64,000 nt of DNA from Octopus vulgaris (GCA_951406725.2 OX597818.1:138756001-138820000), one strand, 5' to 3'; shown: positions 41,965 to 56,387, counted from the stretch's first letter. Notes: generated by a model not told the origin, from the sequence alone. Numbers and translations are program-made.

Positions 41965-42500
41965 TAGATTTCTAGTGATTTGTTGTACTTGAGAAGATGT
42001 GCCAAGCTAAGTAAAACATGGCCATCCATACACACAGGCATGACCTTTGCTGGTGCTGGTGTCATGTAAAATGCAGGTCTGCGCCGGTCGCCCCGTGCCA
42101 CCGTGCCCGATATCGAAAGAATGAACCGAAGCTCGCTGTACCGCCCACGTACACGTGGACGTACCCGCGCCCGATGCCGGAAGGCTATCACGAGATACAC
42201 GCGATCGATACAGTGACGTGGTCCGTCCTGTAAATTCCCAAAAGATGACAACTGCGGCTAGTATAGGTAGGGGCCACCAGCGGCAGGCTTGCTTGGTGCT
42301 GTGTAAACATGACTGCACCACTGGCATGTAAAAAGCACCCAGCACACTCTGTAAAGTGCTGGGCATTAGGAAGGGCATCCGGCTGTAGAAACCATGCCAA
42401 ATCAGACAATTGTAGCCTGGACAGCTCCCTGGCTGGCCAGCTCCTGTCAGACTGTCCAACCCATGCCAGCATGAAAAAATGGTTGTTAAATAAGGATGAT
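41965..42500 (+). mobile_element. Older SINE-C variant interrupted by a GC/CpG-rich insert
   Basis: Flanks match 57135-57412; about 42076-42292 is unrelated sequence. Confidence 0.7.
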
Positions 42501-42954
42501 GTTGACTTGATCCAGCCTTTTACTTAGACTTTGGTCACTGCAAATCTTTTGATTTCACTATTCGTATTTCTGTTTCATGTAGTGACACATCTGTGGAAAT
42601 CCAATCTGTGTAGTCAACCCAACAGAGCCCTTAACTTGTTATATTTACTTCATAGACAACACCATCACTTTGTGAAATAACAGTGCTAATTACATCACTG
42701 GTTCTCAGTAACATCTGTGATACTTGATTATTTTAATGTAGAATTAAGTTATTTTGAGACAAATGGCATACTATTTAGAGTAGGAATTCAAAACCATTCA
42801 TAATATCTGGGATAAATTGCAAGTGCAGAAGAACCTGTCAGGGTGCGTCTGTACTGAAAATTCATAAGTAGGTTGTATTAAATAACAGTTTTGGCTTTAA
42901 TATTTAAACAGATTTTATTTTCATATGGGTTCTCAACAGACACCTTTGGACTTG

Positions 42955-42957
<3 letters not shown>

Positions 42958-42996
<39 letters not shown>

Positions 42997-43260
42997 TTAA
43001 CGTCTGTTTTCCATGCTAGCATGGGTTGGACGATTTTGACTGAGGGCTGGCAACCAGATGGATGCACCAGGCTCCAGTCTTGATCTGGCAGAGTTTCTAC
43101 AGCTGAATGCCCTTCCTAACGCCATCTACTCTGAGAGTGTAGTGGGTGCCTTTTACGTGCCAATTGCACGGGGGCCAGTCAGGTGGTATTGGCAATGACC
43201 TCGCTCGAATCTTTTTACATGTGCCCACTGGCACAGGTGCCAGTGAAACGACGTTGGTGG
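42958..43260 (-). mobile_element. SINE family C 3' part
   Basis: (CAT)n tract followed by family-C body. Confidence 0.82.
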
Positions 43261-44029
43261 GCAAAATTTCTTCCCATGTGGTTGCGGTTTCTCATCTGTA
43301 CTTTAGACAGTTGGTTTCTTTTGACTTTGGACAAAATCTTATAGTTTCAAAGGAAAGGAATGATGTGCTGCCCTTTTTGTTTCCTTTTTGTGATTAGTAG
43401 CATAAACGGAGATACTTTGAATTATTGAAAGCTGGTTGGGGAATGTCAGCTAACTAAGAATTGAACCTTTTCGAAATATAATTGTTGCTACAAAGGTAGT
43501 GAACTGGCAGAATTGTTTGCATGCTTCTGAGTTCAAATTCCACTGATATCAACTTTGTGATTGGATTCGGTAGGTGGAAGTTACTGCCATGTAGTGAATA
43601 TGTGAAATCAATGTAATTGAGTTGCTCAGTGCCTCTCCGAAAAAAAAAAAATTGGAATGTCAACTAACTAGGCCTTGTGGCAGAATTGTTTGCATGCAAA
43701 ACTTGAAACCAATATTCATGACTTTAAGGCAGCAAACTGGCTGAATTGTTTGCATGTTGGGCAAAATGTTTAGTGACATTTTGCCTGTCTTTATGTACTG
43801 AGTTCAAATTCGACCTAAGTCAGATTAGCCTTTTATCTTTTTGGGGTCAGTAAAATAAGTACCATTTAAGTACTGGGGGGCGATGTAATCGACTTACACT
43901 CTCCTCCAGAATTGCTGGCCTTGTGCCAAAATTTGAAACCAGTGTAATTGTTGCTGCAGCTTACAAAAAGAATATTTAATGATAATAAATGCTTCTAGCT
44001 TTTGACATGAGAAGTAGGATATAGTCTGT

Positions 44030-44320
44030 TAGCACCGCCTTGACTGGCTTCCGTGCCGGTGGCACGTAAAAAGCACCAATCCGATCGTGGCCGTTGCCAG
44101 CCTCGCCTGGCACCTGTGCCGGTGGCACGTAAAAAGCACCCACTACATTCACGGAGTGGTTGGCGTTAGGAAGGGCATCCAGCTGTAGAAACATTCTGCC
44201 AGATCAGACTGGAGCCTGGTGCAGCCTTCTGGCTTCTCAGATCCCCGGTCGAACCGTCCAACCCATGCTAGCATGGAGAACGGACGTTAAACGATGATGA
44301 TGATGATGATGATGATGATG
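44030..44320 (+). mobile_element. SINE family C 3' part
   Basis: Two internal units, central segment, (GAT)n tail. Confidence 0.88.
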
Positions 44321-44844
44321 ATAATATAGGTTATATAGTCTATTAGATTTATCTTCACTCCCATCCTCCACATGAATGATACTCATTATTCCATTGCTCT
44401 GAAATGAAAAGACAACGTGTATTCCGATGATATTCAAACACATTTCACTAGATACCGATGGTACTTCAGTCAACCACTTCATCTGCATCTCCTTCAATAA
44501 AGCAGCATTTCACTGTAATTAACTACCGTGTTAATTGATAATTGACATTTTTCTTCAATTTACCAAACTTTTCAGCTCAGTTTTTGGACATCTTCTACAT
44601 CATTGTTGTTTGACCTGCTAGAAATATCAACCTAATCTCCTTCAAACCATACCCTACCATCTTAGAAAAATACCATGTCTGATATTCTAGTCTCGGTCAT
44701 ACTAGTCTAGGAAAATTTAAAAAAAAAAAAAAGAAAAGGAAAAAGGATTGCGTGGCTGAGTGGCTTTCTTCATTTGTCTGTTGGATCAGTATTGACTTGG
44801 GGACTAAACAACTATTGATGATATATAGTAATATATGGCCCATA

Positions 44845-45207
44845 GCACCATCCGTTCGTGGCTGTTGCCAGCCTCGCCTGGCCCCCCGTGCCGGTGGCAC
44901 GTAAAAGCACCATCCGTTCGTGGCCGTTTGCCAGCTCCGTCTGGCACCTGTGCAGGTGGCACGTAAAAAGCACCATCTGATCGTGGCCATTGCCAGCCTC
45001 GCCTGGCACCTGCGCAGGTGGCATGTAAAAAGCACCCACTACACTCACGGAGTGGTTGGCGTTAGGAAGGGCATCCAGCCGTAGAAACACTGCCAGATCA
45101 GACTGGGCCTGACGCAGCCTTCTCGCTTCACAGACCCCAGTTGAACCGTCCAACCCGTGCTAGCATGGAAAGCGGACGCTAAATGATGATGATGATGATG
45201 ATGATGA
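44845..45207 (+). mobile_element. SINE family C 3' part with three ~62-bp units
   Basis: GCACCATC...CGTGGC...GCCAGC repeated three times, then body and (GAT)n tail. Confidence 0.88.
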
Positions 45208-46275
45208 TATATTGACCATATATGGTAATAAAAGTAATTTGATTACTATTTTTAACTGGTTCTAAGATAAAGAAATGTTTAGTTTTTGCTTTTTTTTTGT
45301 TAAATATTTCCTTTTTTTTTTTCTCCCCTTTCTTTATCCTCAACACTGATAACTATATCAGGAATATATTAGTATCTATTTCTCTGATGGGTAGATTGAG
45401 CAAATTGTCTTGTTTAATGACACAGCATCAACACAACAGATACCAGCAGAATTATTATATTTACAACTACTGAAATATCTCTCTTCCCCCCTTTTATTTA
45501 TTTTTTTTTTATCTGTAATGCTTTTTTATCTACAGCCAAAGAATATTGTTCATGTTAGTTTCAAAGTAACCACTTCTCTACATATCAATAGCATGTTTAC
45601 TATCATGTTTATTGAATTTCAGTCAGATGGTAATACAGGCATGTACAACCAACCAACCAGTCAGAAGTGAGGATACTTTATTCTTTTCTTCCCCCTTTTT
45701 TTTTTTTTTTTTTTTTTTCGAGAAGTGAAAAGAAATAATAAAATCTAAAAGACATCAAATGTAGAACTAAATTCTGTGTAATACTGAGGATATGGAGAGA
45801 ATATTCTCCATGGATATTATATATTTTTTTCTTCCAATTTTGTTTTTTTTTTAGTTTCTCCTTAGGCAAGGAAGGCTTTTTGGAAAGCCACTCGCTCTAC
45901 ATAGCTACATAGCTTAAGACTGTCTCTCATCACTTCACCACCTGCATGAATGGCCATTTGAGAAGATGCTTGAGCTAAAACAATAGCAAACAACACTTAC
46001 CATTCACAAAACAACCACTATAATGATGGTAATAATGATGATGATGATGATGATGATAATAATAAAATACATCTAACAACTATGACAAGCAAATTAGTAA
46101 ATGGTCCTTTAGAAATGTTACCTTTAAGGTCAGTTAATAACATTTCAAATTCAATCTGCAGTATATTATGTGCATCTGTTGATTAATTCCTTGAGATTAT
46201 ACAAAACGCCATCACAGCAAAGCCTGAAGGCTGCATGTGTTGGTTGGAGCGGATGTTTAGGAGAGGGTTTATTAG

Positions 46276-46365
<90 letters not shown>

Positions 46366-47434
46366 TGTATGTGAGAATGAGCGAAAGAGAGAACATGTTT
46401 TAAAATAAGACGAGAGTGAGACACAGGCTGAGAAAATGTAAAGAGAAAGGGAAAAATATATGGAGAGAGAGAGAGAGAGAGAGAAAAAGAGAGAGTGAAA
46501 GAGGGAGAGAGAGAGGGAGGGAGTGAGGGAGATGCTGAAGAAGGGCAAAATATACAAAAAAAAAACCCAAAGATAAGTAGAGATGAAATAAAATAATCAA
46601 AATTAAAGAGAGGTAAATAGATAAAGATAGATTGTTTGGGGATAAAAATGAAAGAAAATAAGCAGAAACAGTGTGCGTTTATAATGTGTGTGTCATTGAT
46701 GTATGCATACACACACACACACATATATACATACACATGTACACGTATATACATATACAGGTAAATGATGAAGAGGAATGGTGAGGGAAGAGGGAGGTCT
46801 TCGTTATGTTACATCAACAGATGATGTGACCATGGATGCTAATTAGAATGTTTCTACCCAACTACATTATATACATCATTTGTTAGCCATGGGTGTATGT
46901 TGTTGTTTCGGTGTGTGTGTGTGTGTGTGTGTGTATGCATGTGTGTGTGCATGTGTGTGTGTGTGTGTGTGTTTGTGTGTGTGTGTGGCTTGAGGACATT
47001 ATCATCAGTGTCTGAGGTTTGTTTAATAATACTCAGGAATTTATGAAGGATCTTACTGACCTTGTTACCATGGAAACTCCTTTGCTGTAGTCTCTTGTTG
47101 TTGTTGCTGTTGTTGTTGTCATTGTGGTTGATGATGTTTTAGCAAGAATATTCAGCAGAGAAAGAAAATCAGATTGCAATTTTTTTTCTTACCTTGTATA
47201 TTTACATAACCTGTACGTCACACGTGTTTGTGCATATGTCTCTCAGTGCTCTGTGTGTATGTATGTTTCTCTGTGTGTATGTGTTGGTTGTTATATATAT
47301 ATATATATATTTAGTACAAGACTCTACCAGTATCAAAGCTAAATAATATCAATCAAATATTCCATAATGATAACGAACATCATCTTGATATTGACACAAG
47401 TATTTAAAAAACATCAAGGAAACGAAAGCACATG

Positions 47435-47483
<49 letters not shown>

Positions 47484-47579
47484 TTATGTATAGAAACATG
47501 TACCACATGATTAGCTGCTACACAGAACCAACTAATAATGTTCATCAAATGAATTGTGTGTTTAGCTATGTTATATATA

Positions 47580-47723
<144 letters not shown>

Positions 47724-48330
47724 TACTGCAATGCATAGAATAGTTATTGGTTATATTTCTGTAAATATGCTTAGTCCTGCTGTGAAGAAATGCTTTTGGT
47801 TGATCTCTAATTAGTAACTAAAATATGGTAATCTTTGAATGTCTCTGGAGTCTTTGTAAACTAAGTATACTTGTCATGCATTAAAAAGAGGCATCTTAAT
47901 AAATATTCTCATAATATAGAATGTGTAGTTATTGATTTGGCTGCTATTTCATGCAGGTTGATTGACCACGCAAATGTTTCCTCAGTGGTTTGGTTGAAGA
48001 GGTGAATGTACTACCTATTCAGGAATTTTATTGTTTCAGCTGAACAGAACTTTATTTTTATGTTGTCTCAGTTTATCTGGCTGTGAAGTCATCTGACAAT
48101 ATACTTAGAGCAGTGGTTCCCAAACTATGAGTCACAACCCACAGATGGGTCGTAAACGGAATCTTAGTGGGTCGCAAAAAGTTATAAAATTACGCATTAT
48201 CGATTTATCCAAAGAGTCTTCCTTGAAAATGACTTTTAACACCCGAAAATTGGTACAGTTCTAGGCGTCTCTTCAAACCTTGTACCCAATCATTTCCTTC
48301 GAAGCATTAAAAGTACTTCTCCCTTTCACA

Positions 48331-48604
48331 TCTCTCTCTATATAAACGGCAGTTTGTCTGTCTGTGTGTCTGTGTGTCTGTCAGGTTGTACCCTCACCCT
48401 GACCACGGCTTTCAACTGATTCTGATGAAACTTGACACACACATAGCCCAATGTCATAATTCAAAACTAACGCAGTGAAAATTTTGAAAAGTTCCCCCAG
48501 TTCTGAAAAAAAATCGATAAATTCGACATGGGTCGAGAATCTAGGACTAGATTGGGATTAGTCGTTGCCTACTAGGGGCGCTTACATACCCGGGCATGTA
48601 ACTA
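48331..48604 (+). mobile_element. Helitron-like non-autonomous insert 1 (3' boundary uncertain)
   Basis: Begins A|TCTCTCTCTATATAAA followed by (TGTC)n, and interrupts the hAT transposase remnant right after LLPFT. Confidence 0.55.
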
Positions 48605-48708
48605 TCTTTAGGCCTGAAACTATCAAGCATTGAACCTGATGTTAATTCTATTATTGAGCGTAGCAAGAAACAGGCTCATCCTTCTCACAGGCCTCACTGA
48701 AGATGTAA

Positions 48709-49015
48709 TCTTTATATATAAAAGTAAGGTTGTGTGTCTGTCTCCTACGATTTAGATTCCTAGCTACTCCCACATTTTGCGGTGCAGTTTAACCAAAACC
48801 GGGTATCTTATCGTCGTGATTCATATCGAGCCCTTCTGGGTATTAGCGCGCTTATACGATGTGTCTACGATTTAAAAAAAAAATTACCATCATTTTTTCG
48901 CATTTTTAATGCATTTTTAATGCATTTTTTTGCTATTTTTTAACTATAACTCTCTAAAAATGCTTATATAGTTATTTCCCTTACAAACCCGAGCAACGCC
49001 GGGCGATACTGCTAG
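48709..49015 (+). mobile_element. Non-autonomous Helitron
   Basis: 5' TC(TTTATATATAAAAG), subterminal hairpin CCCGAGCAACGCCGGG, 3' CTAG, inserted between A and T with no TSD. Confidence 0.82.
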
Positions 49016-49286
49016 TCTGAAATAAATTTGTTAATTTCATTAATGTTTTTACTCAGTAGAGTTAAGTGGGTCGTCATAAACTGGTGTGATAAATAGTGGG
49101 TCGCAACTCTAAAAAGTTTGGGAACCACTGACTTAGAGTATATTCTTTTCTACTCTAGGCACAAGGCCTGGAATTTTTGGGGTACTTAATTTATCGACCC
49201 TGAAAGGATGAAAGGCAAAGTCAACCTCAGCAGAATTTGAACTCATAATTTAAAGACAGACAATGTGTATCTTTATATATGTGTTT

Positions 49287-49636
49287 ATCCGAATCGTGGC
49301 CGATGCCAGCACCGCCTCGACTGGCTTCCGTGTCGGCGGCACGTAAAAAGCACCATCCGAATCGTGGCTGAAGCCAGTGCCGCCTCGACTAGCTTCCGTG
49401 CAGGTGGCACATAAAATGCACCAATCCGACCATGGCCGATGCCAGCCTCGCCTGGCACCAGTGCAGGTGGCACGTAAAAAGCACCCACTACACTCACGGA
49501 GTGGTTGGCATTAGGAAGGGCATCCAGCTGTAGAAACATTGCCAGATAAGACCGGAGCCTGGTGCAGCCTTCTGGCTTCCCAGATCCCCGGTCGAACCGT
49601 CCAACCCATGCTAGCATGGAGAACGGACGTTAAACA

Positions 49637-49672
<36 letters not shown>
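49287..49672 (+). mobile_element. SINE family C 3' part with three internal units
   Basis: Same structure as other family-C copies; long (GAT)n tail. Confidence 0.88.
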
Positions 49673-50687
49673 CATTTCAACAAAAATATGGTAGCAAATG
49701 GATTAAATCTAGATTTACTTCTCACATACTGCTTTTTCTATATTTTCTGAAATTTCAGTCAATCAATTTTATCAAAGTTTTCTCTTACCTGTTGCTCAGA
49801 GAAGGTTTTTTTTGCCATCTTAATTACTTGAATAATTTTCAATTGAGTGAAGTTTTTCAACTCTATTATATATGCGAAACCCTATGATATTCTGATTTTT
49901 TGTATGTTTGTTATAAATTATAAAAAAGACACAAGTTGACCTCTACATTGTATTTGGATAGTTCCTTCTTTTCTTTTCTTTAACTACCATTATGTAATTA
50001 TGTCAGTGCATTATTAGTCTCAGAGAGTTTTTGACTATCAGTATGTTTGGTAGCTATGAAGAATGAAAAAAGCTAGTGGTTTCAGGCTCTAACCTTCTGC
50101 TGAATCTTTTTGTACTTCTGTATTTTTTTCATTTGCTTTCTCTCTGTTTTTGTATTAAAGTTTTTGTATTAAAGTAATATATGACCACTAAACATTTAAT
50201 TATATTTTATTCATTCAATTATTTCTAATTTACATCCTTCATTTTTAATTTCCTGATAGTGTTAGGCCAATTTCTGTATACATTCTTATTGCTGTATGTG
50301 TTTTTTTTTTTTTTTTTTTTGTCTTGTCATTTTGCTATTCAGATATATAGCAAAATTTATGTGAAGAAACTGAAGTAAAAGTAATTAATATGCTTCTTCC
50401 AATACCATTTTTGTAGCAGTGATTTTTAACTCATTATTTATAGGCATAGCACATGAAGCAATTAAGAAAACACACACAATTTTTGTTAATCTGAGTTGGA
50501 AGGACAGTGTTATTTGCTTTCATAATAAGCCTCCCTAAATTGGAATGAACGGACAGTGTTAAATGATGTTCATGTTTAATTTGAATTCAAGTTAATTGGT
50601 GGAACTAGATATGTAGTGAACCAGAGAAAGATGCTTGTCAAAGGAAGTTGAACTGAGAAATATGCTTCATTTGTGCTTTTGGAGAAT

Positions 50688-51076
50688 GGATGGAAGCACT
50701 CCGTCGGTTACGACGATGAGGGTTCCGGTTGATCCGAATCAACGGAACAGCCTGCTCGTGAAATTAACGTGTAAGTGGCTGAGCACTCCACAGACACGTG
50801 CACCCTTTAACGTAGTTCTCGGGGATATTCAGTGTGACACAGAGAGTGACAAGGCCGGCCCTTTGAAATACAGGTACAACAGAAACAGGAAGTAAGAGTG
50901 AGAGAAATTGTGGTGAAAGAGTACTGCAGTGATCCACCACCATCCCCTGCCGGAGCCTCGTGGAGCTTTTTAGGTGTTTTCGCTCAATAAACACTCACAA
51001 CGCCCGGTCTGGGAATCGAAACCGCGATCCTATGACCGCGAGTCCGCTGCCCTAACCACTGGGCCATTGCGCCTCC
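50688..51076 (-). mobile_element. SINE family D, full length
   Basis: tRNA-like head with A-box TGGCCCAGTGG and B-box GGTTTCGATTCC; near-identical to 53186-53573. Confidence 0.88.
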
Positions 51077-53185
51077 ACTTTGGAGAATAAAGCATTATAG
51101 TTATGAAGTTACATGCATTAAAGTAATTTTAGTTGAATATTGCATAGTTAACATCTTCAAAAGGAGGCCCAGGTTTTATTGTGGTCGCTGAAAAAGGGGC
51201 AGAGAAGACGGTGAAGACCAGTTAAACTATTATAAGCTTGTGGGAGTGGCTGGAGTATTTGTGAGCCTAAATTTGCTTCAGTCTGCTTTTGTTTCATTAT
51301 GACTAGTGGGTTAATGAGTAGTGAGATAAGGTGTTGGGTTCTTTCATGTCCTGGGGGTGGGGTGGGGTGGGGATATTATTATTGGGTAATAATAATCTTT
51401 ATATTTGTTACTCTCCTTTTTCTTTTTCTTATATCACTACTACTGCCATCACTGGCACTGTGACTGTTACCATTACCATCACCATAAATGCTACACTTAC
51501 TACTACTACCACCACCACCACCACCACCATCATCATTGTTACCAACACCCACTCATCACCGCTCTCACCATCACTTCCTTTGCCACCCCTACCATCATCT
51601 AACCATCACTAACACCATCCTACCATCATCGCTAACACCATCACCATCAGTGACACTGTTATTACCATCATCATCATCATCATCTTTATTGTCATCACTA
51701 CCACTGTCACCACTTACAATTATCATCACCACCACCACCACCACCCACCACTACTAATTACCATGGTCACCATTAACTTTCACAATTGTCATTAACTGCC
51801 ATAACCACCACCATTACTTTCACCACTACCACTATAATTTCTATCATCCACCACCATCACCACCACCACCTCCATTACCATCACCACCACCACCTCCATT
51901 ACCATCACCATCATCACTATATATACATATCTATATACCAACAGCATACCCAGAAGTTTTCTGTTTTTTCTCATAATAACTTGAGGGTGCTGAGATAGCT
52001 TATTTACTTTCTCAACATCAGTTCTGTTTGGAGTTTGGTATTCAATCAAAACAGTGAAGAAAGGTTATAAGGGGCTATGCAAATATAAAAAAAATGGAAG
52101 AAATTACTCCCTCCTGGTTTTATGTTTGCATCCAGTAATTTGTTGCTACAGGCTCACACTGAATAAATTAAAGTTTTTAAATACACAAGAGCATTTGACC
52201 ATATGAAACTCAAGTGCACTTGAACACAGTAAGAACACATTAAACTCATTTACACTGTTTCACTTTGATTTCAGTAATTTCCTATGCACCATAAATATGT
52301 TCGCTACGCTAAGTCTTTGAACCTATTAAAGATGTTTTAATACATAAGCTCTGACCGAACTCATTAAGCACATGTTGATCAGGAATAGTTTAGACACGTT
52401 AGATTCATAAGCAACATAAGAAGCATTGGAGACATACACGTTTGGAATGCCGAGGTTTAAGTACTAACCACATGTTCCAGAGTTCAAACATTTGTCTAAA
52501 ACTATTTTGGCATGTCCCTGTGCAACCTCAGTTATTTTGTGGTTAGCATATTCTGCTTTTCCCTCATCGCTGAGTGAAAGTAATACTATTATTGCAATCA
52601 AAACAATTAACTCTTACAACAGATTATTTTACTAGTATTTATTCAATTAATATTTGTGTAAGGGACTGCCAAGTTGATTCTTTGTAAACTAAGCATACTT
52701 GTCATGGTAGGATCTGGATTAGAGACATAAGGTGGAGTGAAATTAAATACGGACTGTGCCAATCTTCTGTTCTTAGAGTAATGGTAATCTTAAAGGATAT
52801 CTCTCTCAAATGCAATATCAAATGTATAAACTGATGGTGCCATTGATACCAGCATGAGAAAATATCATTAAAAGCAGAGTTAAAAAAAACAAAGAAAAGA
52901 ATGGTAGCACAATACTGGTGGTACCACAGCATGGCCACAGCCTTCAGGCTGAAACACATAACAGAATAAAACAGTACATTGAGAGCATTGACATGCATAT
53001 ATACACAAATGTTAAGAAAACTAGAAAAATATCTTAATATCCTAACAAATTTTCAGGCCGATTACATGAAACCAATGGTAGCCTTAATACACAAATGAAG
53101 AAATTCTATCCACCAGTGCAGTGTTGAGCACTCATTTTCATCATTCGACATTCATGTGTGTGTGTGTATAAATATATATATATGA

Positions 53186-53573
53186 TGATGGAAGCACTCC
53201 GTCGGTTACGACGACGAGGGTTCCGGTTGATCCGAATCAACGGAACAGCCTGCTCGTGAAATTAACGTGTAAGTGGCTGAGCACTCCATAGACACGTGTA
53301 CCCTTAACATAGTTCTCGGGGATATTCAGCATGACACAGCGAGTGACAAGGCCGGCCCTTTGAAATACAGGTACAACAGAAACAGGAAGTAAGAGTGAGA
53401 GAAAGTTGTGATGAAAGAGTACAGCAGGGATCACCAACATTCCCTGCCGGAGCCTCGTGGAGCTTTTAGGTGTTTTCGCTCAATAAACACACATAACGCC
53501 CGGTCTGGGAATCGAAACCGCAATCCTATGACCGCGAGTCCGCTGCCCTAACCACTTGGCCATTGCACTTCCA
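53186..53573 (-). mobile_element. SINE family D, full length
   Basis: Collinear with 50688-51076. Confidence 0.88.
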
Positions 53574-54347
53574 CATATGTATATATGTATATATATATAA
53601 AACGGGAAAATATTTGGTATATGTATAAATATATACAGCACATTATTGAGCACATTGCATGATGATTACTTTGATACATGAACACTTCTAACGTATATGC
53701 AGTTGACATATATGAGAACATACCATTAAGAACATTGTGCATTACTGTATACTTGAACAAGCCGGACTTTATAAGAGACATCATAAATTTTTGACCAAAG
53801 GGTCATTTGCGGCTCATAAATGCATCGAATACAGGATCCCTTTGAAAACAAAGGAACCACACATCATACGAAGAAAGAAGTAAGGTTTAGTGAATTACTA
53901 ACCACATAACCCCCCCCCCACTTCTCCTTTCTTCTGTAGCAGTAAAACAAAATTATATACATTACTGAAAAAGCTGGACATCCTATCTTTATCTTCTATT
54001 TAAGTCAAAACTATATAGGTGTACTGTACAAGAAGGCCACTGTTACTACTTGCTATTCTGCTGTATTTCTTATTTCTCTCTCAACCAATCTTCAATTCAG
54101 CAATGACCTGGTAAAGAGATAAATGACCATGGACACTGCCATTTATTTCTCATGATCTAACAGATAAAATAGTGTTGGCAGAAAATTTGACAGCCTTTTT
54201 CTCCAACTAAATCAAGACAGCCTTCCTGTTGAGCCAAAATTTCTCCACCATCCCTCTTTAATATCTGATGGTTTTTATGAGAACTCTTGTCAAATGTTCC
54301 CATGGAACTGTTGGCACACACAGACACACACACACACACACACACAG

Positions 54348-54448
<101 letters not shown>

Positions 54449-54534
54449 TTCACATGATCGATATAATCTCTTTCCTCCTTGATAGGAAGTGACTTAAATG
54501 CGTGTATCTGTGTTTGTATTCTATTTATATAAAT

Positions 54535-54568
<34 letters not shown>

Positions 54569-54583
54569 CTGTGTGTGTTTGAG

Positions 54584-54624
<41 letters not shown>

Positions 54625-54817
54625 TGGAGTGAGAAGGAAAGGTGTAAGCATGTGTGCTTATTTTATTTTCTTGTTAGTTTGTTTTTTGGGTTTCCGCAAT
54701 ACAGCAGAACACGTGTTTTATAAACACTGATATTGTTGTTTCTATTCCTTGCTAAGAACACCTGTAACTTTCTACTATTTGATATGCAGAATCCCGATTT
54801 TTGGGGGTAACTGATTA

Positions 54818-54918
54818 ACACCACCACCACCACCACCACATAAACCACCACCACCACCCACCACCACCACCACCGCCGCTGCTTTCAACGCTACTGCTGA
54901 TACTACTACTACTACTAT

Positions 54919-54971
<53 letters not shown>

Positions 54972-54988
54972 TTACTACCACTACCACC

Positions 54989-55046
<58 letters not shown>

Positions 55047-55122
55047 TTACTACCACTACCACCACCACCACCACCACCACTACCTCTGCCTTCAATGCTA
55101 CTGCTGATACTACTACTACTAT

Positions 55123-55176
<54 letters not shown>

Positions 55177-55229
55177 CCACCTTATTACCATCACCACCAC
55201 CACTACCTCTGCCTTCAATGCTACTGCTG

Positions 55230-55263
<34 letters not shown>

Positions 55264-55417
55264 CACTACCACCACCACCACCTTCATTACCACCAACACC
55301 ACCACCACCACCACCACTGCCTTCAATGCTACTGCTGCTACTACTACTACTACCACCACCACCACCACCATCCTCATTACCACCACCACCACCACCATCC
55401 TCATTACCACCACCACC

Positions 55418-55451
<34 letters not shown>

Positions 55452-55591
55452 TTACTACTACTACTACTACTACTACTACTACCACTACCACCACCACCAC
55501 TACCACTGCCTTCAATGCCACTGCTGCTACTACTACTACTACTACCACCACCACCACCACCACCACCATCCTCATTACCACCACCACCACC

Positions 55592-55647
<56 letters not shown>

Positions 55648-55775
55648 CACTACCACCACCACCACTACCGCTGCCTTCAATGCCACTGCTGCTACTACTA
55701 CTACTACTACCACCACCACCACCACCATCCTCATTACCACCACCACCACCACCACCACTACTACTACTACTACTT
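54818..55775. repeat. Higher-order (ACT)n/(ACC)n compound repeat punctuated by GCCTTCAATGCYACTGCTG and TCCTCATTACC cassettes
   Basis: The cassette recurs six times (about 54880, 55088, 55211, 55319, 55508, 55673). Confidence 0.9.
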
Positions 55776-56094
55776 ATGTTGAAGTATTACTACTGTTAGC
55801 CATCTTGTAAAGCTCAGTATTTTTTGAGATCTGTCCTCACTATTTATTCCTGCGTCTTCGCTTAACTTTTTGCTTAGCTCTGTTTTCTTTAACTCTCCCT
55901 TGATCTTGACATGGTGTTCTCTTTTCCTCTTGTCTCTCTCTCTCTTCCCTGGCATTTATCATCCACACAGGCACTAACGCACCAACTTGTCTTAAGCAGC
56001 TCCTGGAGCTACGATAAGAAAAGCTTCTGTTATGAAATGTCATTTTTAAGGTCTAACAATTCTATATAAGGTTTATACTGGAGAAGTTAGTTAT

Positions 56095-56320
56095 ATTTAT
56101 TTCTTTACTGCCCACAAGGGGCTAAACATAGAGGGGGACAAACAAGGACAGACAAAGGGATTAAGTCGATTACATTGACGCCAGAGCGTAACTGGTACTT
56201 TATTTATCGACCCCGAAAGGATGAAAAGCAAAGTCGACTTCGGCGGAATTTGAACTCAGAACGTAATGGCAGACGAAATACCGGTAAGCATTTCGTCCGG
56301 CGTGCTAACGTTTCTGCCAG
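56095..56320 (-). mobile_element. SINE family B, near full length
   Basis: Collinear with 25961-26181. Confidence 0.85.
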
Positions 56321-56387
56321 TTAGTTATATTACTTACTAAACCTCACTCTGAATTCTCAATCATTTTCAAGATTAATTGAAACATAA

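Larger units (their letters stand above)
48111..49130 (+). mobile_element. Internally deleted hAT (Charlie/Buster-type) transposon
   Basis: TIRs CAGTGGTTCCCAAACT / AGTTTGGGAACCACTG; perfect 8-bp TSD ACTTAGAG (48103-48110, 49131-49138); transposase C-terminal remnants YPIISFEALKVLLPFT and LKLSSIEPDVNSIIERSKKQAHPSH. Confidence 0.9.
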
